Shown: positions 45,348 to 53,678 of the stretch, piece after piece | Layout of the letters: the number at the start of each line of letters is the position of its first letter | Position numbering within the stretch: the first letter of the stretch is position 1 | Source of the DNA: Alphaproteobacteria bacterium | GTDB taxonomy: Bacteria; Pseudomonadota; Alphaproteobacteria; UBA828 | Assembly: GCA_965207055.1 (NCBI GenBank) | Contig: CBDBLP010000003.1 | Location: forward strand, 816,913-880,912 | Length of the DNA stretch: 64,000 nucleotides | Direction of reading: 5' to 3' | Notes under the pieces: model-generated | The model's database searches: none | What the model was told of the DNA's origin: nothing | The model's input: the letters and a program-made list of their open reading frames with translations, nothing else | Translations under genes and position numbers: made by a program

Positions 45348-46895
45348 GTGGCCGTGAAGATGGAGAGCGCAAGACGGACCCTGGCAGGCGCCGGCCTCGC
45401 CTGCGCGCTGGCGCTTGCCGGTGCGGTGCTCCCGGTTTCGGCCGCCCTCGCCGCGCTGGAGGAGGGCGTGCCCGTGCTCGCCGCGCGGACGATCCCCGTC
45501 GCGCCGGTCGATCCCGACAGCACGGTCGGGCGAATCGTCCTCGGTTTCGCCGAAGGCCTGGAGCAGCACTTCGGCTCCGGGTCCGATGCGGTGCGCCTCG
45601 CGCTCGACGCGCCGATGTGGGCGGAGGAGCGGGATGACGCCGTCATTGTCCATCTCCCCGGTGCGCATCTGGTGGACTCGGCCGACCCCAGTCCCCAGTG
45701 GACGTTCGGGGACTTGAGCGTCGCGATTACGCCTCGGAATGACACCACCTACGATTTCGAGGCCGCGTTACCGCCGGTCATCGAACGACCGAACCAGCGG
45801 CTGAAGATCGGCGAGGGCACGATCTCCGGCACCTGGCGATCCGATCTGGAACTCATCACCAAATTCGAGGCCGACGCGGCAGACCTCCAGCTATTCGAGT
45901 TGGAGGGAGTGTCGGCAGTCCTGGAGGCGTCGCTGGCATCGCTCGCCGCAACGGAAACCCTGGCCCAGGAGGCCGACGGCCTTTGGAAGGGCCGATCGGC
46001 ACTCAGCCTTTCGGACCTCAAGAGCGAGGGCCTCTTGATGGGCAAGCTCGATGTCACGAGCAGCGTGGATGGCATCGATGGCGATCTCATCATGGCGATG
46101 CAAGGAGGCTTGGGCTGGCTCATGGTGCTCAAGAGCGGTCCGGAGGCACTGCCTCGGCGTCTTGCGCCCCTGATCGGCGCTTCATGGGGGCGATCGGATA
46201 TGGTGATCGCGGTCGACGACCTGACCGTGACCGCTGACGACTGGGGCCTGGCCGGCAACGACAAGTTCGTGCTGGGCAAGCTCTTCTGGCGCACCGATTT
46301 CGACGACCGCGGAGCGCACGCCGACGTGGCGACCAAGCTGGCGCTGGTCGAGCTCATGCTGAGCGGGGCGACCGTCGGCGATATTCCGCCTGGGCTCATT
46401 CCCCATGCGATCACCGCTGATGTCGCACTGGAACGGCTTCCCTTTCGTCAGATCGTCGAAGCGCTGTCCTGGCAGGCGGAACCGGGTAACTCATCTCAAC
46501 CCGATCTCGTCATTCCGAGCGATGTCCTGCTTGGCCAAATGGATGCGGCGGATACGTCGCTCGCACTGAGGGAGCTTTACATTGCCGCGCGGTCGTTCGA
46601 GCTCATCGCCGACGGCGCTATCAACGTCGAGTCTGCGAGCCTCTTCGGCGTCATCGGGCGGATCGAAGCGCGCATCCGCGGGGTCGACAGACTGATGGAA
46701 CTGGCCGTGGAGGAGGGCGAAGAGGACATGGTGGCGCTGCTCATCGTCCTCCAGGGCCTCGGCAGGCCGGTCTTCAACGAGGGCGCGGATGAGCCCTTCT
46801 ACGCCTATGAGATCGACCTGCGCCGCGACGGCGCCGTCACCGTCAACGGCATCCCCTTCGACATGCTGCTCCAGGGTGGCCTCACGCCCCAATGA
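45348..46895 (+). CDS. Exported hypothetical protein (about 510 aa), family not recognised
   Basis: Signal-peptide-like RRTLAGAGLACALALAGAVLPVSAALA. Coding-like composition throughout. Possible starts are GTG at 45348, GTG at 45354 or ATG at 45360. It begins 3 nt after the upstream stop. Confidence 0.6.
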   Translation: MAVKMESARRTLAGAGLACALALAGAVLPVSAALAALEEGVPVLAARTIPVAPVDPDSTVGRIVLGFAEGLEQHFGSGSDAVRLALDAPMWAEERDDAVIVHLPGAHLVDSADPSPQWTFGDLSVAITPRNDTTYDFEAALPPVIERPNQRLKIGEGTISGTWRSDLELITKFEADAADLQLFELEGVSAVLEASLASLAATETLAQEADGLWKGRSALSLSDLKSEGLLMGKLDVTSSVDGIDGDLIMAMQGGLGWLMVLKSGPEALPRRLAPLIGASWGRSDMVIAVDDLTVTADDWGLAGNDKFVLGKLFWRTDFDDRGAHADVATKLALVELMLSGATVGDIPPGLIPHAITADVALERLPFRQIVEALSWQAEPGNSSQPDLVIPSDVLLGQMDAADTSLALRELYIAARSFELIADGAINVESASLFGVIGRIEARIRGVDRLMELAVEEGEEDMVALLIVLQGLGRPVFNEGADEPFYAYEIDLRRDGAVTVNGIPFDMLLQGGLTPQ

Positions 46896-46981
46896 GCGGC
46901 CGTCCCGGTGGGGCTGATGCGCCCCTTGCCAGGGTGTGGCGGGGGCGGGATAGTTTTGCGGACCAGCCCAGAGGTTTAGGC

Positions 46982-47962
46982 ATGAGCGAGGAGTTCGATT
47001 GGGAGATACCGCTCTCGGCACAGCCGAAGGCGGAGCAGGTGTCCTTCGACCTCGACGGCGCGCTTGACGCTATCGTCGGGCTGCGCGCGACCATCCCGGA
47101 GGACGCCTTCACCGCCGGGATCCTGGGGACCGAGAGGACCGGCAGCGGGGTCCTGATCGGCGCGCACGGCCTTGTGCTCACCATCGGCTATCTGGTCGCC
47201 GAGGCGGAATCGGTCTGGCTGACGGCGAACGACGGCAGCGTGCTCGCGGGCCACGCGCTGGGCTATGACTTCGAATCAGGATTCGGCTTGGTGCAGGCGC
47301 TCGGCCGCTTCAACATTTCTCCGCTCGAGCTCGGATCTTCGGCGGCCCTCGAGGTCGGCGACTTCGTGGTCATGGCTGGCGAAGGCGGCCGTCGCCACTC
47401 GTTGAACGCCCGCGTCACCGCCAAGCGCGAGTTCGCGGGCTATTGGGAATATGTGCTGGACGAGGCCGTCTTCACGTCTCCGCCGCATCCCAACTGGGGC
47501 GGGAGCGGGCTGATCGACCGCCACGGCCGGCTCGTCGGCATCGGCTCGCTGCTGGTGCGCCACGCCGGCGGCGGCGGGGCCGACACGCTCGACGGCAACA
47601 TGATCGTGCCGATCGACCTGCTGCCGCCGATCCTGGACGACATGCAGACGCTGGGCCGCACCCAGCGCCCGCCCAGGCCCTGGCTCGGCGCCTATGTGAC
47701 CGAAGTCGACGAGGCGCTCGTCGTCGCCGGCCTTGCGCCGGAGGGGCCGGCCGAGCAGGCGGAGCTGCAGGTCGGCGACCAGGTGCTCGCGGTGAACCGA
47801 CAGCCGGTCGGCAGCCTCGTCGAGCTCTTCCGCAGCGTCTGGGCGGTGGGCGAGGCGGGCGTTGCCGTACCCCTCACCGTCATGCGGAACGGCGAGCCCC
47901 ACGAAGTGCGGGTGCTGAGCGCCACCCGCGACGAGTTCATGAAGACCCCGCAGCTGCACTGA
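46982..47962 (+). CDS. Trypsin-fold (S1C/HtrA-like) domain plus PDZ domain protein, leaderless, with non-canonical catalytic motifs
   Basis: ATG at 46982. GSGVLIGAHGLVLTIGYLV, YDFESGFGLVQA and HPNWGGSGLIDRHGRLVGIGS, followed by a PDZ-like segment PWLGAYVTEVDEALVVAGLAPEGPAEQAELQVGDQVLAVN. Confidence 0.72.
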   Translation: MSEEFDWEIPLSAQPKAEQVSFDLDGALDAIVGLRATIPEDAFTAGILGTERTGSGVLIGAHGLVLTIGYLVAEAESVWLTANDGSVLAGHALGYDFESGFGLVQALGRFNISPLELGSSAALEVGDFVVMAGEGGRRHSLNARVTAKREFAGYWEYVLDEAVFTSPPHPNWGGSGLIDRHGRLVGIGSLLVRHAGGGGADTLDGNMIVPIDLLPPILDDMQTLGRTQRPPRPWLGAYVTEVDEALVVAGLAPEGPAEQAELQVGDQVLAVNRQPVGSLVELFRSVWAVGEAGVAVPLTVMRNGEPHEVRVLSATRDEFMKTPQLH

Positions 47963-48123
47963 AACGATTCCGTGTCAAACGGAAACGCTTCAGTCAGTTT
48001 ACCGCTCACGGCAGCCGGCTGGCGCCTCCGCGAGGGCGCCGCAGGAGCGGCGGGCCGCGGTCGCGGCCTGTCGCGAGTCCGTTATCCTGTCGCGAGTCCG
48101 TTATAAGGACGGACTCGCTCTCG
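47961..48123. repeat. Intergenic structured repeat element, copy B (fills the convergent gap between the protease-like gene and nagK)
   Basis: Same architecture as copy A: a 5' imperfect palindrome (47961-47991), the identical 18-mer at 48003-48020 and the identical 24-mer at 48052-48075. It ends in a perfect 10-bp hairpin gcgagtccgt/acggactcgc (48092-48118). Confidence 0.8.
48067..48104. repeat. Perfect 19-nt tandem duplication inside repeat copy B
   Basis: cctgtcgcgagtccgttat occurs at 48067-48085 and again at 48086-48104. Copy A has a single unit. Confidence 0.9.
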
Positions 48124-48128
48124 CTAAT

Positions 48129-49016
48129 TCAGGCTCGGAGCCAGGCCGCGCCGCGCAGGCCGCTCTCCGGCCCGAAGCGTGCGCGCACCAGCCGGGTGGC
48201 GGGCCGGGCTACGCTCGCGTGCTCGCCCCAGGCGGCAGGCACGAGGCGGTAGAGCGCCGCGATCTCCGAAAGGCCGCCGCCCAGCACGATCACGTCGGGG
48301 TCGAGCAGGTTGATGACGCCGGCGAGCGCCTGGGCCAGGCGCTCGGCATAGCGGGCCACGGCGTCCGCCGCCCTTGCCTCCCCTGCCGCCGCCCGAGCGC
48401 CGATCTCTGCGGCCGTGGCCTGGCCGCCGCTAAGCTCAGCGTAGTCGCGCGCGAGCGCCGCCCCGTTGAGCCAGGTTTCGACGCAACCCTGGGCGAAGCG
48501 CCCGCAGGCGCAAGGCACGCCGGCACCCTCCGGTGTGGGCCACGGGTTGTGCCCCCACTCCCCGGCAGTGGCGTTGGCGCCCACCAGGGCCTCACCCCGC
48601 ACCACCAGCCCGCCGCCCACGCCGGTGCCGAGGATGACCCCGAACACCACCTCCGCCCCTGCGGCGGCGCCGTCGGTAGCTTCGGAGAGAGCGAAGCAGT
48701 TGGCGTCGTTGGCGAGCGAGACCGGGCGACCGAGCCGCGCCTCCAGGGTCCGGCGCAAGGGCCGCCCTTCGAGCCAGGGCAGGTTGACGATCATGCTGAT
48801 CTCGCCGTCCCGGGTGATGATGCCGGGGAGGCTCACGCCCACGCTGGGCGCGTGCACGCCGGCGCCCGCGAGCTCAACCACCATATCGGCGACCGCGTCG
48901 ACCACACCGTCGAAGCTCCTCGGCACCGGCCGGCGGTAGCGCGCGCGCTCCTGCCCGTCGTCGTCGAGGCCGATGGCGGCGAGCTTGGTGCCGCCGATAT
49001 CGAAGCCGATGTGCAT
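48129..49016 (-). CDS. nagK: ROK-family N-acetylglucosamine kinase
   Basis: MHIGFDIGGTKLAA...ANDANCFALSE...GTGVGGG...GEWGHNPWP...CACGRFAQGCVETW (ROK Zn motif). 295 aa. Confidence 0.85.
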   Translation of the reverse strand: MHIGFDIGGTKLAAIGLDDDGQERARYRRPVPRSFDGVVDAVADMVVELAGAGVHAPSVGVSLPGIITRDGEISMIVNLPWLEGRPLRRTLEARLGRPVSLANDANCFALSEATDGAAAGAEVVFGVILGTGVGGGLVVRGEALVGANATAGEWGHNPWPTPEGAGVPCACGRFAQGCVETWLNGAALARDYAELSGGQATAAEIGARAAAGEARAADAVARYAERLAQALAGVINLLDPDVIVLGGGLSEIAALYRLVPAAWGEHASVARPATRLVRARFGPESGLRGAAWLRA

Positions 49017-49022
49017 CGTCCC

Positions 49023-50174
49023 CTACTGTACCTCCGATGTGTCGCTGCGCTCCCCGCCGATCCAGGTGTCGCAGACATGGAGGTCATCGTCGAGCCAGAC
49101 CAGATCGGCGTGTAGCCCCGGCGCGAGCCGGCCCCGGCTCTCGGCAAGCCCGAGAAAATCCGCCGGGTAGGCGGCGGCCATGGCCAGGGCCTCTTCGAGC
49201 GGGATGCCGGCGTGGGCGACGCAGTTCCTCACCGCCTGCCCCATGTCCAGCAGCGAGCCGGCGAGCCGGCCGTCGGCCGTGCGCAGGCAGCCCTCCACCG
49301 CACGCACGCGCTCGCCGCCCAGGCTGAATTCATCGAGGGCGGGTGCGCCCACAGGCGCCATCGCATCGCTGACCAAGAAGAGCTTTCCGCGGGGTTTCGC
49401 GCGCCAGGCGAGACGGACCACGTCCCAATGCACGTGGACGCCATCGGCGATGATGCTGCAGGCGAGGTGGTCGCGTGTGAGCGCCTCACCGGCAGAGCCC
49501 AGCTCGCGGTGGCCGAGGGGGCTCATGGCATTGAACAGGTGGGTCACGCCGATCAGCTTCTGCGCCGCCATATGGAAGGCATGGGCGCCGGCCTCGGTGT
49601 GACCGGCGGCGACGATGACGCCGCGCGCCGCGAGGGTGGCGATGTGGTCGAGCTCCACGCACTCCGGCGCAAGCGTGACGAGGGTCCTACCCGCGCCGAG
49701 CGAGGCGAGCAGGTCGATATCGTCGTCGCCCAGCGGTGCGATTGCGCGTGGGTCGTGGGCCCCGCGCCGCGCCAGGTTGATGTGGGGACCTTCGAAGTGA
49801 ATGCCGAGAACCCCCGGCATGGCCCGATCGAGCGCCCCCCGCACCGCTTCAACCGCCCGGACCATGTCGTCGCGCGGGCCGGAAATGAAGGTCGGCAGGA
49901 AAGCGGTGGTGCCGAAGGCGCGATGGGCCCGGCCGATCGTGGCAATGGACGCCGTTGTCGGCGCGTCGTTGAACATCACACCGCCGCCGCCATTGACCTG
50001 GAGGTCGATGAACCCGGCCGCCAGCGTGCCTCCCACGAGCCGCGTGATGCGCGCGTCAGCGGGGATCGCGTCCTCCGCCACGATGTCGCGGATGGTGCCG
50101 CGCTCCAGCAGCAGGGCTCGGCCGGAGACGAAACCTTCCGGCGTGTGCAGCCGGGCGCCGGTCAGGGCTTCCAT
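49023..50174 (-). CDS. nagA: N-acetylglucosamine-6-phosphate deacetylase
   Basis: ...AGFIDLQVNGGGGVMFND...GIHFEGPHIN...HLFNAMSP... Confidence 0.9.
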   Translation of the reverse strand: MEALTGARLHTPEGFVSGRALLLERGTIRDIVAEDAIPADARITRLVGGTLAAGFIDLQVNGGGGVMFNDAPTTASIATIGRAHRAFGTTAFLPTFISGPRDDMVRAVEAVRGALDRAMPGVLGIHFEGPHINLARRGAHDPRAIAPLGDDDIDLLASLGAGRTLVTLAPECVELDHIATLAARGVIVAAGHTEAGAHAFHMAAQKLIGVTHLFNAMSPLGHRELGSAGEALTRDHLACSIIADGVHVHWDVVRLAWRAKPRGKLFLVSDAMAPVGAPALDEFSLGGERVRAVEGCLRTADGRLAGSLLDMGQAVRNCVAHAGIPLEEALAMAAAYPADFLGLAESRGRLAPGLHADLVWLDDDLHVCDTWIGGERSDTSEVQ

Positions 50175-50267
50175 CGGCTCTCTAGCAGCCTCCGCCGGGA
50201 AACGGGTTCGCCGGCACGAGGCGGAATGTTACTGTCGGTGCGAAGATCACGGAACCGGGTGTAAGCC

Positions 50268-51260
50268 ATGCTGCGCGCTGCCTCAATCGGGATGGGCTGG
50301 TGGTCCGACGAGCTTGCGGACGCTGCACAGGGTAAATCCGATGCAATCCGCATTGTGACCTGTTTCTCCCGGTCGGAGGAAAAGCGCGCAGCCTTCGCCG
50401 AAAAATACGGCACCGCCCAGCACGAGTCCTACGAAGCGGTGCTCGCCGATGACTCGATCGACGCGGTCATCCTGACAACGCCGCACTCGATCCATGCCGA
50501 GCAGGTGATCGCGGCGGCAGCAGCCGGCAAGCATGTCTTCTGCGAGAAGCCCTTCACGCTGACCCGTGCGAGCGCGCAGGCGGCCGTGGATGCCTGTGCC
50601 GAAGTCGGCGTGGTGCTCGCGGTCGGGCAGAACCGGCGCTGGCACAGCGCCACCCGCACGCTGAAGGCGATGCTGGGCGCGGGCGACTTCGGCACGGTCC
50701 TCCATGCCGAGGCGAACTTCTCTGTGCCGAGCGCGCTCAGCTACAAGACGGGGCAATGGCGCGTCAGCCGGATCGAGAGCCCGGCCGGATCGATTACCGG
50801 GCTCGGCATCCACATGATCGATGCCCTCGTCTATCTGCTGGGGCCCATCGCGCGCGTGGCGGCGCAGGCCCACCGGCGCGCGGTGACAGTCGATATCGAC
50901 GACACGACCTCGGTGCTCTTCCTCTTCGAGTCAGGAGTCTCCGGCTACCTCGGCACCATGTTCGCCTGCCCCCACGCCTCCTACATCAACGTCTACGGCA
51001 CCGGCGGCAACGCCTTCGCGCAGATCGACAACAGCCAGCTCATTCTGCAATCGGCGGACGGGGTCAGGCGCGATGAGCCGATCGAGCCGCTGGATACGCT
51101 CAGGCTGGAGCTCGACGAGTTCGCTGCGGCCTGTGCCGGCGAGGCGCAGTTCACGGTTCCACCAGAAGAAGCCGTACACGGCATTGCCGTGATGGAGGCC
51201 CTGGTCGAGGCCGCGGCCACCGGCCAGTGGGTGGAGGTTGCTGGCGGGGGCGGGGCGTGA
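50268..51260 (+). CDS. Gfo/Idh/MocA family oxidoreductase
   Basis: MLRAASIGMGWWSDELA...GKHVFCEKPF... 330 aa. Confidence 0.85.
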   Translation: MLRAASIGMGWWSDELADAAQGKSDAIRIVTCFSRSEEKRAAFAEKYGTAQHESYEAVLADDSIDAVILTTPHSIHAEQVIAAAAAGKHVFCEKPFTLTRASAQAAVDACAEVGVVLAVGQNRRWHSATRTLKAMLGAGDFGTVLHAEANFSVPSALSYKTGQWRVSRIESPAGSITGLGIHMIDALVYLLGPIARVAAQAHRRAVTVDIDDTTSVLFLFESGVSGYLGTMFACPHASYINVYGTGGNAFAQIDNSQLILQSADGVRRDEPIEPLDTLRLELDEFAAACAGEAQFTVPPEEAVHGIAVMEALVEAAATGQWVEVAGGGGA

Positions 51261-52261
51261 GCGCACGTCACACCTTCTTCTGCATCGACGGCCACACATG
51301 CGGCAATCCCGTGCGCGTGGTGGCGGGTGGCGGGCCGACGCTCTCGGGCGCCACCATGAGCGAGCGGCGTCAGCATTTCCTCCGCGATTACGACTGGATC
51401 CGCCGGGCGCTGATGTTCGAGCCCCGCGGCCACGACCTGATGTCTGGCGCGGTGCTCTATCCCGCGCTCTCGCCCGATGCCGACATCGCGCTGCTCTTCG
51501 TCGAAACCTCGGGCTGCCTGCCGATGTGCGGCCACGGCACTATCGGCACCGTGACCATCGCACTCGAGCACGGCCTCGTCGCTCCTCGTAACGAAGGCAC
51601 CTTGGTGCTGGACACGCCAGCGGGCCGGGTCGAAGCACGCTACAGGCGCAACGGCACGCGCGTCGAAGCCGTGCGCATCACCAACGTGCCGAGCTTCCTG
51701 GCGGAGACGGGCGTTGCGGTGGAGTGCCCCGGTCTCGGTCCCCTCACGGTGGATATTGCCTACGGCGGCAACTTCTACGCGATCGTCGACCCGCAGCCTG
51801 GCTATGCGGGGATGGAGGCGTTCTCGGCGGCCGAGCTGCTGGCGATGAGTCCCGGCCTGCGCGAGGCCTGCAACCGGGTGGTGGAGTGCGTCCACCCCGA
51901 CGATTCGTCGATTGCCGGCGTCAGCCACGTGATGTGGACCGGCGCGCCGCAAGACCCGTGCGCCCACGCGCGGAATGCCGTCTTCTACGGCTCGGGCGCG
52001 CTCGATCGCTCCCCCTGCGGCACCGGCAGCTCGGCCCGCATGGCGCAGTGGGCAGCCATGGGCAGGCTCGCGCCCGGCGATGAATTCGTGCACGAGAGCA
52101 TCATCGGCAGTCTGTTCCGCTGCCGGGTCGAGAGCGCGACGAAGGTGGGCAATCACGATGCGATCGTGCCGAGCATCGAGGGCTGGGCGCGCGTCACCGG
52201 GCTCAACACCATCTTCGTGGACGAGGCCGACCCCTTCGCCCACGGATTCCAGGTGACCTAG
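51257..52261 (+). CDS. Proline racemase / 4-hydroxyproline 2-epimerase family protein (Cys/Cys type)
   Basis: The GTG at 51257 overlaps the upstream stop (GTGA). FFCIDGHTCGNPVRVV. Both catalytic Cys contexts are present: PMCGHGT and DRSPCGTGSSA. Confidence 0.88.
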   Translation: MSARHTFFCIDGHTCGNPVRVVAGGGPTLSGATMSERRQHFLRDYDWIRRALMFEPRGHDLMSGAVLYPALSPDADIALLFVETSGCLPMCGHGTIGTVTIALEHGLVAPRNEGTLVLDTPAGRVEARYRRNGTRVEAVRITNVPSFLAETGVAVECPGLGPLTVDIAYGGNFYAIVDPQPGYAGMEAFSAAELLAMSPGLREACNRVVECVHPDDSSIAGVSHVMWTGAPQDPCAHARNAVFYGSGALDRSPCGTGSSARMAQWAAMGRLAPGDEFVHESIIGSLFRCRVESATKVGNHDAIVPSIEGWARVTGLNTIFVDEADPFAHGFQVT

Positions 52262-52446
52262 GCCGATACGACGCGAGCATAAGGCGGAGTTATATCAATT
52301 ATGAGAAATCAGTATTGGACGGCACGCCCGGAGCCCGGCAATGTCGGGCTGACTGGCTGGGTACCGCGATGGACTGCGCCCCGGCCTTGGCGGACGGCGC
52401 ACGTCGGCACAACGTGTAAGGCGCGCGTTAGGGGAGACGAGAGAGC

Positions 52447-53193
52447 ATGACCACGTCCGCCAATTGGAAGCCCGAGCGCATCCGTCGAGTGCTCGCGCGT
52501 CGCGCGTCCACGCGCGCAGGCGCGCGATGCATCGCGCCTGCCTTCGCCGTGCTTGTCACCGGCACCCTCGGCCTGGGGTGCGCGGCTTACGGCGATGCGT
52601 CGGACGACGGGCCCAAGGCCGCCTACACCATCACGTACACGGGTGCGTGGACATCGGCTGCCACGCCACGGGGCGTCCCGGATGGTGCGCACTTCTCGCC
52701 GCTGATCGGCGGCGTGCACAATGCCGCCGTGGCGTTCCTGGAGGCCGGCGGTACGGCCACAGCGGGCATCGAATCCATGGCGGAGCGCGGTCGCACCGCC
52801 ACATTGACGAAGGAAATCGAAGGGGCCGGGACTAATGCGCTGAGCGTGCTGCGCAAGGACTCGGGCTCCGGCGCAACGGAGTCCTCGACATTCGATTCCG
52901 TCGTGCTCACCGCCGACCATCCCCGGATCACGCTGCTCTCGATGATCGCACCGAGCCCGGATTGGTTCGTCGGTGTCTTCGGTCTATCCCTGCTCGATGC
53001 CGAGGGAAGCTGGGTCGAGGCGCTGACGGTGGACCTCCACCCATACGATGCCGGGACAGAGGACGGAGAGGAGTTCTCGTTCGACAATGCCGCGACCGTG
53101 CCGCAGGGCACCATCACCAGTCTTCGGGGTGCGAGCATGTTCTCGGATGCGCCGATGGCGACGCTGACCTTCACCCTTAAGTCGGCCGAATAG
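52447..53193 (+). CDS. Spondin_N domain lipoprotein
   Basis: Lipobox-like LGLGCAAYG. HFSPLIGGVH, MIAPSPDWFVG and HPYDAGTEDG match the hallmark motifs of the F-spondin N-terminal (Spondin_N) domain (HFSPLIG.SH, PSPDWNVG, WDAGTDSG). Confidence 0.8.
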   Translation: MTTSANWKPERIRRVLARRASTRAGARCIAPAFAVLVTGTLGLGCAAYGDASDDGPKAAYTITYTGAWTSAATPRGVPDGAHFSPLIGGVHNAAVAFLEAGGTATAGIESMAERGRTATLTKEIEGAGTNALSVLRKDSGSGATESSTFDSVVLTADHPRITLLSMIAPSPDWFVGVFGLSLLDAEGSWVEALTVDLHPYDAGTEDGEEFSFDNAATVPQGTITSLRGASMFSDAPMATLTFTLKSAE

Positions 53194-53266
53194 GGTGAGC
53201 GGAAACCCCGCAGCGGCAGTCCCTCAAAGCGGCGCGACCGTCGCCGGTGTTGCGCTCAGGCGTGCC

Positions 53267-53653
53267 ATGAAGCGCCGCATGCCGCTGCTCGCAGCCCTGT
53301 TGCTCGCGATCGTCTTCGCCGCGGCGACGCTCGCGCCGGGTCCGCAAGCGGCGGCGGACGAGTACAGCGACGCCATGCTCGAAGCCTTCGCCTCCGCCGC
53401 CATCGAGGTCAGCAAGCGGATTGAGGCTTGGCGGCCTCTCATCGAGAGCGCGGTCGACGAGAACCAGCGCGAGACCCTGATCGAGGAGGCGCAGGCCGAT
53501 CTCGCGCGCGCCATCGAAGAGACGGACGGCATCGACGAGGACGAGTACTACGCCATCTACGACGCTGCGCGGGATGACGAGGCGCTGCGCAAGCTAATAA
53601 ACGAGATCTTCTCCGCCTACTTGCAACGCCCGCAGGCCCCTCGCGCCGAGTGA
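53267..53653 (+). CDS. DUF4168-like secreted protein
   Basis: ATG at 53267 (MKRRMPLLAALLLAIVFAAATLAPGPQAAA signal). ...DAMLEAFASAAIEVSKRIEAWRP...DEDEYYAIYDAARDDEALRKLI resembles DUF4168. Confidence 0.65.
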   Translation: MKRRMPLLAALLLAIVFAAATLAPGPQAAADEYSDAMLEAFASAAIEVSKRIEAWRPLIESAVDENQRETLIEEAQADLARAIEETDGIDEDEYYAIYDAARDDEALRKLINEIFSAYLQRPQAPRAE

Positions 53654-53678
53654 CCGCGTATCGAGGAACAGAGGGCCG

